62,830 nt of DNA from Chiloscyllium plagiosum (lineage: Eukaryota), in the NCBI RefSeq assembly GCF_004010195.1, contig NC_057718.1:87230139-87292968 (forward strand). The letters are read 5' to 3'. Shown here piece by piece: positions 25,897-39,553 of the stretch (positions are counted from its first letter, which is position 1; every line of letters begins with the position of its first letter). The notes under the pieces were generated by a model. That model saw nothing but the letters and a program-made list of their open reading frames with translations. It made no database searches and was not told the DNA's origin. Made by a program: the position numbers and the translations under genes.

Positions 25897-27679
25897 TGAA
25901 GTGGCAATCGTTCTCTTAATTTGCCTTCAAGTTCCAAGTGCAGCCTTCAGCTGCTCTTCCACGATGACGCCTCTCACCAAACTGCTACTTAACTCAAGGC
26001 CCCAACTTGGCCACCTTAGGAAATGGCTAGCACTTAAATACATCAATGAAAATCACCCCTCCAGTGCGACAGCATTAGCTAAAAAGGTTAGGTTGCACAA
26101 AAGCTAAAACAACAGTTTAAAGTAACCATTAGTTAACATGGCAAACCAGCTGAAGCCATCTCATGTGAACAATATGTCTGACCTGGGAAATCACCTCCTG
26201 CTCGAGTTCAGATTTGCTGATCTTCAGGATCAGCAGGTAAAATGCACTTCTGGAGCTGCAGGCTTTGTGAGTACAGAGTTTGTGTACTCTCTTTGTGACA
26301 GAGAGTTAAGGGGAGAAGTGAAAGGCAACTGGAATGGACAGGCAGCACAGAGATCCCCCTGAGAGGAAGGCACTCAAGAAAACAGTTTTCATTATTGAGT
26401 ATCAGTGAAAATGAGAGGATTCCAGAAGTAAACCCACAGGAGACTTGGTGCTGAGGGGGCACAAATGTGCATAAAATGCAATGATCAAAAAATATTGGAT
26501 AGTCAGGAATCTAAACAGGAACTGCCTAAACCACAAACATAAGTATGAAATGTTGTCCCTCCATTTTGGTGCTCGGATACAGAACCGTCCTGAACAAGTG
26601 GATGATATTCATCCAGGGTAGGAGAAACAGCCGAAAACCTGTTTGGAACTAATTACTTAGCTTGAGAAAGGGTTGAATCTTACAGATAGAGTTTCTGGAG
26701 CTGGAAAGGATTAGAAAATGGGAACTCTGAGGTGATAATTTGAGTGCTGAAGTAGAAAAATGGTATGGATGAACTTAAAGATGGAGAAAAGAGGCTGGAC
26801 AAAAGGTTCCAGATTCCTGGGTCTTTTGAGATCAGTTCTGAAGTCTGAGACACATGTCAAGTTGGACGGGCTGTACTTTAACAAAGGTTATACAGGTTGC
26901 ACAGGCATTTTAGCTAGTATTGTTGGGAGGGTACAAATTAATGGGCAAGGAGAGAATAACTAGGACATGAAAGCAGAGGTGGACAGATACATTTCATAGA
27001 TAAGTTTCATGTATGAGGACTATGTTGTTTTTTATTTTGCAATTGGAGAAAGAACTGTTTTAAAAGAATGCAGTATTTCACAGAGAGGCTGCCGTTTTGA
27101 AATCAAGTAACCTGATCCCCAGTGGCAGACATTGTAAAGCAGGATTTAAACTTCAGTTTGGAGATGGTCTGGAGCCAAGTGGGTACTGATGCAGTTCTTG
27201 TTGACAGCAAGAAGTTAATTAGTCTGTGCACTAGGGCCAAGCTATCAATGACAGATATCCTTTGCTTGTCAGTAATTGTGTGATTGGTTTTCAGCTAGCT
27301 GAGCAGCTTGGAACTGGAAAAGAGTAACAGACAGAGAAAGAGAGTGAGTGTGGGAGCAAAATAAGTGTGCAGAAGCTGCTTGTTCTCTGCAGTCAAAAAC
27401 TCAGTTTAACTCTGAAGAAAACTAGTTACTTCTCTTGCAGTAGTTGCTGTAAGCTGTGACATTTGAATCGATAAATCAGAGACATTTTCCAAATGGATCA
27501 GTTACTCTGTACTTCACTCAAACCAGTGGAAGCATCCAGAGAAAAAGAGATGAACAACTGGAGTCTGGTTTGCCGAAGAAGGATAACATTGGAGCTGTGA
27601 AACTACGACCACTGGGCTGACTTTCCAATGTTTTTACCTCCATCAATAATCTATTTAATATAATATGACATAATCTTGA

Positions 27680-29555
27680 CATAAGATATTGGAAAAGAAT
27701 TAAGCCATTCGACCCATTGGGTTTGCTCCATCATTCGATCATGGCAGATATATTTCCCAACTCCATTCTCTTGCCTTCTCACCGGAACCCTTGATCCCCT
27801 TACTAATCAAGAACCTGTCTATCTCTGTCTTAAACCCACTCAATGACTTGGCCTCCACAGCCTTCTATAGCAATAAGTTTCACAGATTCTGGCTGGAGAA
27901 GCTCTTTCTCATCTCAGTTCTAAAAGGTTGTCCCTTCACTCCAGGGCTGTACCCTCAGGTACTAGTCTCTCCTGATAGTGAAAACATCTTCACAACCACT
28001 CTACCCAGGCCTCTCAGTATTCTGTAAGTTCAATCAGAGCCCTCCTTCATACTTCAAAAGTCGAGAGTCCTCAACCACTCCTCATGTGACAAGCCCTTCA
28101 TCCCTGGGATCATTCTTATAAACCTCCTGGATCCCTTCCAATGCCATCTCATCCTTCCTTAGATACATGCAGCCCAAACCTGCTCATTTGGGATTTCACT
28201 TATTGCAAATGTGATCTGACCAGAGCCTTGTATACCTCAGCAGAGCTAACATTGCATTTGCCTTCCAAAATGCCAACCTCATCTGCATAGTAACCTTCAG
28301 AATTCTGAACAAGGATTCCCAAGTTTCTTTATGCTTTAGATTTCCAAAGCCTTTCTCCATTTAGAAAACAGTATATGCCTCTATTCATCCTAGCAAAGTG
28401 CACAACCTCACACTTTCTCACATTGTTTTCACTTTTTTGCCTACTGTCCTACCCTGTCCAAGTCCTTTTGCAGACTCCCCACTACCTCAACACTACCTGT
28501 CCCTCTACCTCTCTTTTTGTCATCTGCAAACCGAGCAATAATGCCCTCAGTTTCTTTGTCCAGATTGTTAATGTAGAATGTGAATAGTTATCCCAACACT
28601 GATCCCTGCGGAACTCCACTAGTCACCGGCTTCCATCCTGATGAAGACCCCTTTATCCCTATTCTCTGCCTTCTCCCAGTTAGCAAATCCTCTATCCATG
28701 CCAATGCATTACCCTCAATACCATGGGCTCTTGTCTAACTTAGCAGCTTCCTCTGTAGCACCTTGTCAAAGGCCTCCTGGAAATCCAAACAAACCACACC
28801 CACTGGCTTTCCTTTGTCTAACGTTCTCATTGCACCTCCTCAAAGAATTCCCACCAATTTGTCAGGCATGACTTCCTTTTGACGAAACTGTGCTGACTCA
28901 GACCTATTTTACAATGCACTTCCAAGTACTCTGCAACCTCATCCTTAAAATGGATGCTAAAATCTTCGCAATAACTGAAGACAGGCTAACCAGCCTACAG
29001 TTTCCTGCCTTCTGCCTCCTTCTCTTAGACAGTGATGTTACATTAGCTATTTTCCAGTCCTGTGGGACCCTCCCTGGCTCCAGTGATGCTTGAAAGATTA
29101 CCACCAATGCCTCTACAAACTCCTCAGCTATCTCCTTCAGAACTCTGAAGTGTAGTCTATGATTTTTCAACCTTCAAACCTTTCAGTTTCTTCAGCAGCT
29201 TCTCCTTACTGATGGCCACTACACTCACCTCTGTCCCCCTGTCATTCTTGGAGTTCTGGTATGCTACTGGTGTTTTCCACAGTGAAAACTGATGCAGAGT
29301 ACCTATTCTGTTCTTCCGTCATTTCCACGTTCCCCATTACTACATCTCCAGCCTCATTTGTTTAGTCCAATGTTCGCTCTAGCCTCTCTCATATCTTTTA
29401 GATATCTAAAATAAACTTTTACAATCTTCTTTTATATTACTAATTAGTTTACTCTCCTATTTCATCTTCTCCCTCTTTATGGCTTTTTTTTTAGTTATCC
29501 TCTGCTGGTTTTTAAAGGCTTCCCAATGCTTTGGCTTTCCACTAATAGTTGCCAC
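27680..29555 (-). mobile_element. CR1 LINE ORF2 RT to 3' end
   Basis: RVLKEIAEEFVEALVVIFQASLEPGRVPQDWKIANVT...GNCRLVSL; GVPQGSV. Confidence 0.85.
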
Positions 29556-29643
29556 AAAATTCTCACTAATTTTTCCTATTTGTGTATGGGGAAGTTTATA
29601 AAAGGATTAGAGTTAATGGTGTTACTTTGCAATGGGTTATATC

Positions 29644-30763
29644 TCATAGAGTCATAGAGATGTACAGCATGGAAACAGACCCTTCGGTCCAACCCGTCCA
29701 TGCCGACCAGATATCCCAACCTAATCTAGTCCCACCTGCCAGCACCCAGCCCATATCCCTCCAAACGCTTACTATTCATATACCCATCCAAATGCCTCTT
29801 AAATGTTGCAATTGTACCAGCCTCTATCACATCCACTGGCACTTCATTCCGTACACCTACCACCCTCTGCGTGAAAAAGTTGCCCCTCTCACCCTAAACC
29901 TATGCCCTCAAGTTCTGGACTCCCCTACCCCAGGGAAAAGACTTTGTCTATTTATCCTATCCATGCCCCTCATAATTTTGTAAACCTCTGTAAGGTCACC
30001 CCTCAGCCTCCGACGCTCCAGGGAAAACAGCCACAGCCTGTTCAGCCTCTCCCTGTAGCTCAAATCCTCCAACCCTGGCAACATCCTTGTAAATACTTTC
30101 TGAACCCTTTTAAGTTTCACAACATCTTTCCGATAGGAAGGAGACCAGAATTGCACGCAGTATTCCAACAGTGGCCTAACCAGTGTCCTGTACAGCCACA
30201 ACATAACCTCCCAACTACTATACTCAATACTCTGACCAATAAAGGAAAGCATACCAAATGCCTTCTTCACTATCTACCTGTGACTCCACTTTCAAGGAGC
30301 TATGAACCTGCACTCCAAGGTCTCTGTGTTCAGCAACCCTCCCTACGACCTTACCATTAAGTGTATAAGTCCTGCTAAGATTTGCTTTCCCAAAATGCAG
30401 CCACTTGCATTTATCTGAATTAAATTCCATCTGCCACTTCTCAGCCCATTGGCCCACCTGGTCAAGATCCTGTTGTAATCTGAGGTAACCCTCTTCGCTG
30501 TCCACTACACCTCCAATTTTGGTGTCATCTGCAAACTTACTAACTGTACCTCTTATGCTCACATCCAAATCATTTATGTAAATGACAAAAAGTAGAGGAA
30601 GTATTCCAACAGTGGCCTAACCAACAGCCGCAACATGACCTCTCAACTCCTGTACTCAATACTCTCACCAATAAAGGAAAGCATACCAAACCCTTTCTTC
30701 ACTATCCTATCTACCTGCGACTCCATTTTCAAGGAGCTATGAACCTGCACTCCAAGGTATCTG
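29644..30763 (-). mobile_element. HER1-like CR1, 5'-truncated, with a duplicated internal segment at its 5' junction (30601-30763)
   Basis: KFADDTKIGG...WQMEFNSDKC; LVRPLLEYCVQFWSP; CTATGACT tail. Confidence 0.9.
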
Positions 30764-32609
30764 TTTAACAGTAGCTATAATCTAATTACTTATCATAAAT
30801 GATAGTTGTTGGTTAGTGCTGGTTTATGCTTTCAATCAGCCTTGGTCTGAAAGTCAGAAGTTGGGTGCTGTATGTACTTTTAAAACATTAGTATTCGGTA
30901 CAGCTCTGAGAATAGTGGGGTTTAATTTATGATGTGGTAACATAGTAGGTGATAATAATTATAGAAAGAACAGGAATAAAGCAAGGCAACTAGCATGCTA
31001 TCGGAGTGCATGTGTATTAATGCAAAGAATATTTCAAGTGAAGTTGGTAAGCTGTGGCCACAAGTTACCACATGGTGTTATGACATAATGACTACAATGG
31101 AGACCTGGCTCAATTATGGACAGTATCTCAAACATTCAGGGCCAATAATAATAGAAAAGAAAGGATTGGGGTAACAACATTGAGCAAGATGATATAATAA
31201 TTCTACAGAGGGGTGATGTTCAAGAGAAGTGAATCTCAACTAGGATTTCACAGCCTTCTAGAATAGGAAAAAAAGAATTCCATGAGTTCCTAATTTTTTT
31301 CCAATCTCCACTTATAGATAATTTAAAGTCAATTCGAGGCAAATTGTTGAAGTTTACAGTAGCCAGGGAACAGAAACTAACCTTCCAGTCACAGGCCAAT
31401 GATCAACAACAGTTCAATGTGTCTATAGTCTCTGTCCCTGGCCCTTCACAAAATGTGAGGCCCCAGAGGATCATGGTCATCAGTCCACTATGTTGCCAAG
31501 GTGACAGCATCTAATCTCAGTAAGCACACTCCACCTGGCTTATGGCTCTCAAACAAGAACTAAATGGAGAGCTGGTGCAGCCGCCAACATCACCAGTCTC
31601 ATCAGCACTCTTACAGCTCCAGTGGCGATTTATGAAACTCAGTGGCAATCTATTAACTTCAGTCTTATTCTGCCAGCCTTGGCAACAGTGCTTGGCAACC
31701 AATTTAAGCATAACCAATAAAGGATGAACATTGGGTGTGACATGTTTGTGTGCCTGTTTGAAATATATTAATTTCTTGACAAATTATTGCTTGGCATCAG
31801 GAACAAGTTTCACTTCAAGTAAGCAGAACTAAAATGATTATGAATACTTGTTTAATGGTATAAGTAAGCTTTACAGTGAAAAATACTTGTATTACAAAGT
31901 GTGCATGAATTCTTATTAGAGGAAGGTGGCCTCAGACGTTAAAAAGGTTAAAATTTGCTGCACTTCAAGAACAAGACCAAATCCAATTAATTAAAATCAA
32001 GAAACAGAGGTATTAGACCACAGAGTGTTCTCTATAGGTAATAAGAGCAATTGTATCCAACAAACCTGATAGGATTCTTTGATGAAGGTAGTGTAATAGA
32101 TGTTGTTTGTGTGCACTTCCAAATTGCATTTCATTAAAACTTATTTGGAAAACAGAAATGAATGATATTAAAGGGAAGGTGATACCTGAAATAGATAAAC
32201 AGCTGTGGGGACACTGAATGGACATTTTTCTGACTGTAGCCCTCCAGGAGCCAATGTTAGGATCAATACTTCTTTTTGGTTATACATAAGTGTCTTGGAT
32301 TTAGACCTAGCTAACATAATTTTGAAGCTTGAGGGCAATGCAAAACTTTGCAATGTGACTAACAGTGAGTATGATATTTGCAAATTTGTGAAACAGGAAA
32401 ACGCATGACTGAATGCAATTTCATGTGGTTAGATGTGAGGTAATGCACTTTTGGTGAAACAACAACTAGAGGCTGTATAATCCTAAGTGCATTATTTTGA
32501 GGTGGATGCAAGAGCAGAGGATCCTCACTAATTTTTGAAGGTGGGAGGATGTATTTTTAAAGCAATTTGTGCAGCCATTGGGATTATGACATGGACGGGT
32601 TAAGCAGAC

Positions 32610-32772
32610 TTATCCCTCCATCCTGGAAGCTTCCTGCCTTCATTCCTGATGAAGGGCTTTTGCCCGAAACGTCGCTTTTTTTTTTCCTGCTCCTGCCTGA
32701 CCTGCTGTGCTTTTCCAGCACCATTCTAATCTAGACTCTGATTTCCATCATCTGCAGTCCTCACTTTTGCCT
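32610..32772 (+). mobile_element. PLE terminal repeat with intact hammerhead core (32646-32673)
   Basis: CTGATGA-A-GGGC tttt GCCC-GAAA-CGTC followed by the PLE 3' terminus. Confidence 0.78.
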
Positions 32773-33149
32773 ACATACAATCAAAGTCCTATTAAAAAGT
32801 ACACATGATCATGTGTCAATTGTAAAGAGACCAAGTAGTGCAAGAAGCAAGCACAATGAAATTAGGGAAAATATTGCTGGGCATCTCTCACCATGGTGAG
32901 AAAAAACAACTTTAAAGATACAGGTCAATGACCTTTCTATCAGAACTGAAAACACTAGGAATTTAATAGGTTTTAATTTGGAAAGAGGCAGAGTAAGTGA
33001 GAAGGCATGTGATGGGGTAGTAGGTAAGAGAGATTAATTGACAGAAGGGATAATGATGCAAGGAAAGAGGAGATGGCAGTGAGGGCAGTAAAGAAACAAA
33101 AACAAACACAGTTTGGAGTTATACCTAACAAAAGGGCTGCAGAATTTGG

Positions 33150-33900
33150 AGGCCCAGAGCATCCCTGCAGAAATTCCTCAGGTACGTGTTCTAGGTTGCT
33201 TCATCAAAAATGTTCCCTCCACCATAAGATCAGAAGTAAAGATCACTGTACATTGTTCAGTACTATTTGCAATTCCTCAGCTTCTGAAACAGTCTCTGCA
33301 TGCAGCAAGATCTGGACAACATTCTGGGTTGGGCTGATATGTAACATTTATGCCAAACAAGTGAAAGGCAATGCCCGTTCCCAACAAGAGAGAATCTAAC
33401 AATATCCCCTTGATCTTCAAAGGCACTGCCATTGCTCAACTGCCCTGCCATTAAAATCCTGTGACTTACTATTGACCAGAAACGTAACTGGTCCAACCAT
33501 AGAAGACCAGACGAAAGGCTGTGAATAGTGTGGTGAATAGCTCAACTCTGGATAGCCGAAGCTTGTCCACCATCTGCAAGGCACAACTGAGTGTGTGGAA
33601 TACTCTGCACGAGCCTCAATGTAGGTAGTAATAACAACATTCAAGAAGCTCAGCACTATTCAGAACAAAGCAAATCACTTTATTGGCACTCCATCTACCA
33701 TTTTAAACATATACTGCTTCCATCACAAAGCAAAGTGGAGTGGTGTGTACCATCTATAACATGTACTGTAGCAACTCACAAAATCTCCTTTGACAGCACC
33801 TTGCAAATCCACCACAAAGGCAGCAAATGCATGGGAACATCATCACTGCAAGTTTCCCTTAAAGCCACACATGACCCTGATTTGGAACTACATGGGTACA
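33150..33900 (+). mobile_element. CR1/L2-group LINE RT and C-terminal fragment
   Basis: EIPQVRVLG.FIKNVPS (degenerate GVPQGSVLG..FINDLP); 3' part homologous to 1-360. Confidence 0.65.
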
Positions 33901-34248
33901 TAAGGTAATTTTATCTTAATAAGGTTCTATTTCTTTGCTAATTGCAGGCTAGTGAAAGCCTGCAATTGTTAGATTCTAACACTTGTTAGATTCACTTAGA
34001 GTACAATCAGACTGCTCTTTGACAAATTGCTAACTGTTGAGTAAACCTCTGTTTCTGACTAAAATATATGTTGCTCTTGGCTATAATGAAAATGAAAAAT
34101 GCTTTATATTTTTGGCCAATTTAAATCATTGCCAAATTTACAAATTCGTGGTTTAAGCGATTAGTTCTATGTAACTATAGTTTAGCTGATATTATTAATG
34201 CTTCTATTACTATTTGTCCAGCAGACCCTTTTTTAAACAAATTTACCT

Positions 34249-34366
34249 ATTTTTCTAATTAACCAGTCCAGAGATGTTATTACGTACCTCTGGAGCAGGT
34301 AGGACTTCAACCTGGGCCTCCTGGTCCAGGGATAGGGATGTTACCACTGCACCACAGGAGGGCCCT
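34249..34366 (-). mobile_element. Short tRNA-derived SINE
   Basis: Minus strand gggccctcctgTGGTGCAGTGG...GGTTGAAGTCC (A/B-box-like) with an A-rich tail. Confidence 0.6.
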
Positions 34367-34390
34367 AGTACCAGAAGAAAAGGAGTGCAC

Positions 34391-34448
34391 TACATTGCCC
34401 AGGCTTCCCACATGGCTGGCGAGAACTCTACCACTGAAATATTAATGC
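34391..34448 (-). pseudogene. tRNA-Gly(GCC) pseudogene lacking the T-arm
   Basis: Minus strand GCATTAATATTTCAGTGGTAGAGTTCTCGCCAGCCATGTGGGAAGCCTGGG-CAATGTA aligns end to end to the recalled vertebrate tRNA-Gly-GCC with a 13-nt deletion (TTCGATTCCCGGC). Confidence 0.75.
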
Positions 34449-34816
34449 AACCCATTTAATGTTGCTGTTATTTATTGGCCATGCAGTTCCCATTCATGCA
34501 GATATTTTTGGAGACTTTCTCATCCTATTATTTAGAATTACATTCAACTGCCACAGGCACAGATATCTGAATGGTTTCACTTTTCTAACTTTCCATGTTT
34601 CATGTTTTTCTTTATAATTTAATTATCTAGAATTAACAAGACTGGATTCAACTGGTCTGTGTTATTGTTTACAACAACTTGCATTTATTTATTGGGCCTT
34701 TAAATGTAATAAAACTTTCCAAGGCACTTTAATGACAGTGGCTCCAATAGAACAATTAAAATCTGATTTGATGCAATTTTCCCCATCTGATAAGTGACAG
34801 GGAAGGTGACAGCAAG

Positions 34817-35221
34817 GGTTTTCCCTGGACCGTCGGAGGCTGAGGGGTGACCTTATGGAGGTTTACACAATTGTGAGGTGCATAGATAGGATAAATAGGC
34901 AAAGTCTTTTTCCTGGAGTCGGGGAGTCCAGAACTAGAGGGCATACGTTTAGGGTGAGAGGGGAAAGATATAAAAGAGACCTAAGGGGCAACATTTTCAC
35001 GCAGAGGATGGTACATGTATGGAATGAGCTGCCAGAGGAAGTGGTGGAGGCTGGTACAATTGCAACATTTAAGAGGCATTTGGATGGGTATATGAATAGG
35101 AAGGGTTTGGAGGGATATGGGCCGGGTGCTAGCAGGTGGGACTAGATTGGGTTGAGATATCTGGTCAGCATGGATGGGTTGGACCGAAGGGTCTGTTTCC
35201 ATGCTGTACATCTCTATGACT
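34817..35221 (+). mobile_element. HER1-like CR1 3' end
   Basis: RTRGHTFRVRG...FTQRMVHVWNELP; tail ctctatgact. Confidence 0.9.
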
Positions 35222-35448
35222 GAAAGCAGGCAGGGCCCTATCTTCCACCTCAGAAATTATGTTCTGAATGAGAAGGCCTTTGATCTCCCTCACTGATCCA
35301 CCACTAACTGAAGTCCTTAAGTAGTCAATTAGTGACATGTTCATGCCATTTAATGAAGTTCCATCAGATTTATTTTATTGATGATAATATGCCCTTAGTT
35401 TTGGATTTCTCCATAACAGTATTTCTATACTGTTGACATGACCTGCAT

Positions 35449-35770
35449 GATTAGATTAGATTAGATTAGATTTGATTCCCTACAGAATGGAAACAGGCCC
35501 TTTGGCCCAACAAGTCCACATCAACCCTCTACCCAGACCCATTCCCCACATTTACCCCTGATTAATGCACCTAACACTATGGGCAATTTAGTATGGCCAA
35601 TATACCTGACCCACACATCTTTGGATTGTGGGAGGAAACCCGGAGGAAATCCACGTAGACGCAGGGAGAACATGCAAACTCCACACAGACAGTCACTCGA
35701 GGCTGGGATGGAACCCGGGCCTCTGGTGCTGTGAGGCAGCAGTGCTAACTGCTGAGCCACCGTGCCACCC
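35449..35770 (-). mobile_element. HE1-like SINE, full length
   Basis: (CTAAT)n tail, V-domain-like core and tRNA head. Confidence 0.85.
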
Positions 35771-36561
35771 CTAAATCTTAAAGGCCACTACCAGGTCAGT
35801 CCTCATAATTTTTTTCCCCAGAGAAAAACATCCAATTCAATTCCATCTTGTTTACGTTTACTTCAGTGTTTCTCTATCCTTCCTGTAAAAGGAAGATAAA
35901 AAACACAGAAAATACTCTTAATGTGGTCTGGCCAATCATCAATAAAACCTTTGAAATCAACTCCTCTAATAATAAACCCTAGTACATTGTTTGCATTTTG
36001 TTTGGCTTTGCTACTTCAATTATTTTGAATCTGTATCACTAGATTTATTTGCACCTCTGCCCCATTTGGAGTCCTTGGTGACATAATTCACCTTCTTAGT
36101 ACTCAGTTTTAATGCTGTGTCCAAAATGGTGTCTGCAGTGCATATACACACTCATGGAACAAGCAATACTGGTTACCATTTTGGTGAGGGCATCTGAAGT
36201 AAGTATGTGTTATATTAGCAGTCAGATCACGGTACTTGGTGAAGGGTTCAAGTACCATCTCCTTAATGAGGTCTACCTGATTGCTTTGGCCTAGTCTGAC
36301 AAGAAGATGCTCGTGTCTTAAACAAGATCTATTTTATGATATGATAGTAACTGTACACAAATTTCATTGGTATGACAGATATCATTACTGAGATGAAGAG
36401 CAGACCTTGATCTTAGATCCTGCTCCTCCAAGGTCCTAAACTGTTTTGCCAGCTGATTCAATGTGACATCATCATGTCATGTGTCTCTTAATGCATTCCT
36501 CAGCAGTGTGTCCTTAAACAACCTCTTCCAAGTTTTAATACATTGCATATTTTTGTATATA

Positions 36562-37041
36562 CCAAATATACCTAGTAAAAGTTGATCTCATGTAAAGGCC
36601 AATCCCCTATCTTTGGCCAAAAAGTCTAGAATTTTCCATATGTCTCATGTAAAAGTCGACCCTAGTTCTTCACAGATAACAGATCAACATTTGTGAGACA
36701 ATATGATCCTGTACATAAATGTTACAATTAGGAATTTTTTTAAAAAATTATTATGTGTTTTGATGTACAATTCACACCAATTTGGTGTGAAAGTTTAATA
36801 TTCATTAGGTCAGAGTCAGGTGACAACCTCCCTTTGTGTGTAGCTCAGCTAACCATAATTCATTGTGTTTTTTTTCTCTTTATTCATTTAGAGCTCAATT
36901 GGGCTCCTGCTCATGATATGGTATTTTGGACTGTAGCATGAATTTCAACCCCTTAAAAGTATATTCATGTAAAAGTCAACCCCATAAATTTAACTTTAAA
37001 AGGTTGTCTAAAATATTTAATATTTACATAAGTATATTTGA
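36562..37041. mobile_element. Tc1/mariner (Tc2/pogo-like) non-autonomous DNA element
   Basis: Imperfect TIRs ccaaatatacctagtaaa / tttacataagtatatttga; TA on both flanks; subterminal repeats catgtaaaagtc(g/a)accc. Confidence 0.55.
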
Positions 37042-38533
37042 TAATTACATTTACTACTGTCTCTTCTTCCCTTAGTCTCTGACTACACAAATTCAGATGG
37101 TTTTGAGGTTTTATTATTCTTCCAAAATGTGTTTGTTTTGGACTTAGAAAGTTGGCATGTCTCTATGTTGAAGATTGCTAACTTTAATTCTATCCTTGAG
37201 AAGTGAGTTCTGTAAGTTACTTTAAGGTAGAGGATCTATGATCTCTTGGATTTCATTCATTGGCAGCATAGTTTCTGCTGAAATAGGCAATTGCTCTTTT
37301 GTAATATTTGGGAGACCTTAATTGTTACTATATGAAGGCAGACAGCCAAACCACATCAGCCTTTCTACAACTGTAATTACAACATAGTAAAATTAAACCA
37401 TCAAAGACACCCAAATAGCCTTTCTAATAGTTCCTAACCAAACTTGCAAATAACCAATCCCAGATTTGCAGACATTGATTTTGCATCTCAAACAAAAGAC
37501 GTAACTATTTATCAAATACAAATTAACTTTAGCGGACAGAAAATTGAACAAGATAAGCTGATCCTTGTGTGTTTTAAACATGAAATATTTGCTTTCAGTG
37601 CCCATTCACACAAAATATAGACAGACAAGAAAACACAGTCAAAGGATAAATAAAAGAAAATAACAAAACTGGCCAGAATACCTGAATGTTGCTCACAATA
37701 CATTATTCAAGATTTAAAAAAATGGATAACACAGAAATTGAGTAGTGATATACATGCTCGGAATGTGTTAACATCAGAACATCAGATCATAACAAAACCC
37801 ATATTCGTGCGGGATTCCTCTCCCAAGGGGCCCCGGACCAGGCAGGTTCACCATCTCAATTAAATAAAAGCCCTTGTTAGGATGACCGAAGTATATGTAT
37901 TTGTGTAATTCAAGAAGGGCTGCCATATTTTATGGAATAATTCGGTTTTTGGTGCACCATATTTGTAAGGAAGTCAGGGGGAGTATATTCCATAATTATT
38001 CTGTGCCAATTTGAAAATCCATGAGGGCCCTCAGCCACCCAGTTTACCAAAATATTTTTCCTTGTACAGAAAGAGAGAATGGAAAATAATCTCTTCCCTG
38101 TCGTAATTTCAAGTGTTCTTTATCCAATAAGTGAGACTCCTGTAGGAGAGCTATATCAACCCTTTCTTTCTTGAGGTTTGATAATATTTTCTTCCTTTTG
38201 ATTGGTGAATTACTCCCCGTGACATTCCAGGTGCACCATTTATTCAACTGATTAACCATAATCACCGGGCAAGTCCAAGACCCCTATCCAAAACATCCCG
38301 AGCATAGAGCATATAAAATTCACAAAAATAAAGGCTCTTTAATACACAGATCAATATTATAAAAAACTATTTCTAAATAAAAAATAATAAAACATATTTA
38401 AACGTAGATTTTCCCCCTTGTTCCCAGGGGGCATCACTTCCTTTCCAAAAGCCCATCATAACCTCTCCCAACCAGTGCCCCGCCCTTGACCCAGGCATCC
38501 CATGATAGGATAAAGAAAATTCAAATATACTAC

Positions 38534-39049
38534 NNNNNNNNNNNNNNNNNNNNNNNNNNNNNNNNNNNNNNNNNNNNNNNNNNNNNNNNNNNNNNNNNNN
38601 NNNNNNNNNNNNNNNNNNNNNNNNNNNNNNNNNNNNNNNNNNNNNNNNNNNNNNNNNNNNNNNNNNNNNNNNNNNNNNNNNNNNNNNNNNNNNNNNNNNN
38701 NNNNNNNNNNNNNNNNNNNNNNNNNNNNNNNNNNNNNNNNNNNNNNNNNNNNNNNNNNNNNNNNNNNNNNNNNNNNNNNNNNNNNNNNNNNNNNNNNNNN
38801 NNNNNNNNNNNNNNNNNNNNNNNNNNNNNNNNNNNNNNNNNNNNNNNNNNNNNNNNNNNNNNNNNNNNNNNNNNNNNNNNNNNNNNNNNNNNNNNNNNNN
38901 NNNNNNNNNNNNNNNNNNNNNNNNNNNNNNNNNNNNNNNNNNNNNNNNNNNNNNNNNNNNNNNNNNNNNNNNNNNNNNNNNNNNNNNNNNNNNNNNNNNN
39001 NNNNNNNNNNNNNNNNNNNNNNNNNNNNNNNNNNNNNNNNNNNNNNNNN
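38534..39049. other. Assembly gap (516 N)
   Basis: Run of N. Confidence 1.
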
Positions 39050-39553
39050 GTACACAGTACTCCAAATGGGGCCTAACCAGAGCTTTATAAAGTCTTAGTG
39101 GTACATCTCTGCTTTTATATTCCAACCCTCTTGAGATAAGAGACAACATTGCATTTGCTTTCTTAATCACGGACTCAACCTGCATGTTTACCTTTAGAGA
39201 ATCCTTGACTAGCACTCCCAGATCCCTTTGTGGTTTGGCTTTATTAATTTTCTCACCATTTAGAAAGTAGTCTATGCTTTTATTCTTTTTGCCAAAGTGC
39301 AAGACCTCGCACTTGCTCACGTTAAATTCCATCAGCCATTTCCTGGACCACTCTCCCAACCTGTCTAGATCCTTCTGTAGCCTCCCCACTTCCTCAGTAC
39401 TACCTGCCTGTCCACCTAACTTCGTATCATCGGCAAACTTCGCTAGAATGCCCCCGGTTCCCTCATCCAAATCATTAATATATAATGCGAACAGCTGTAG
39501 CCCCAGCACCGAACCCTACGGGACACTGCTCGTCACCGGCTGCCATTCTGAAA
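39050..39553 (-). mobile_element. CR1 RT fragment (distinct, well-preserved subfamily)
   Basis: YINDLDEG...KFADDTKLGG...LVRPHLEYCV. Confidence 0.88.

Larger units (their letters stand above)
26170..32590 (+). mobile_element. Very old CR1 in dispersed pieces (~26170-26980 ORF1 esterase, ~31000-31300 EN start, ~31930-32590 RT)
   Basis: GARI...G.G.QP esterase-like remnant; CINAKNI..EV..L...YDI...ETWL; RT remnants. Confidence 0.5.

Noticed and set aside
38373..39509. 378-aa ORF and overlapping 196/199-aa ORFs
   Set aside because: Artefacts of reading through the N gap; the real part is a CR1 RT fragment.
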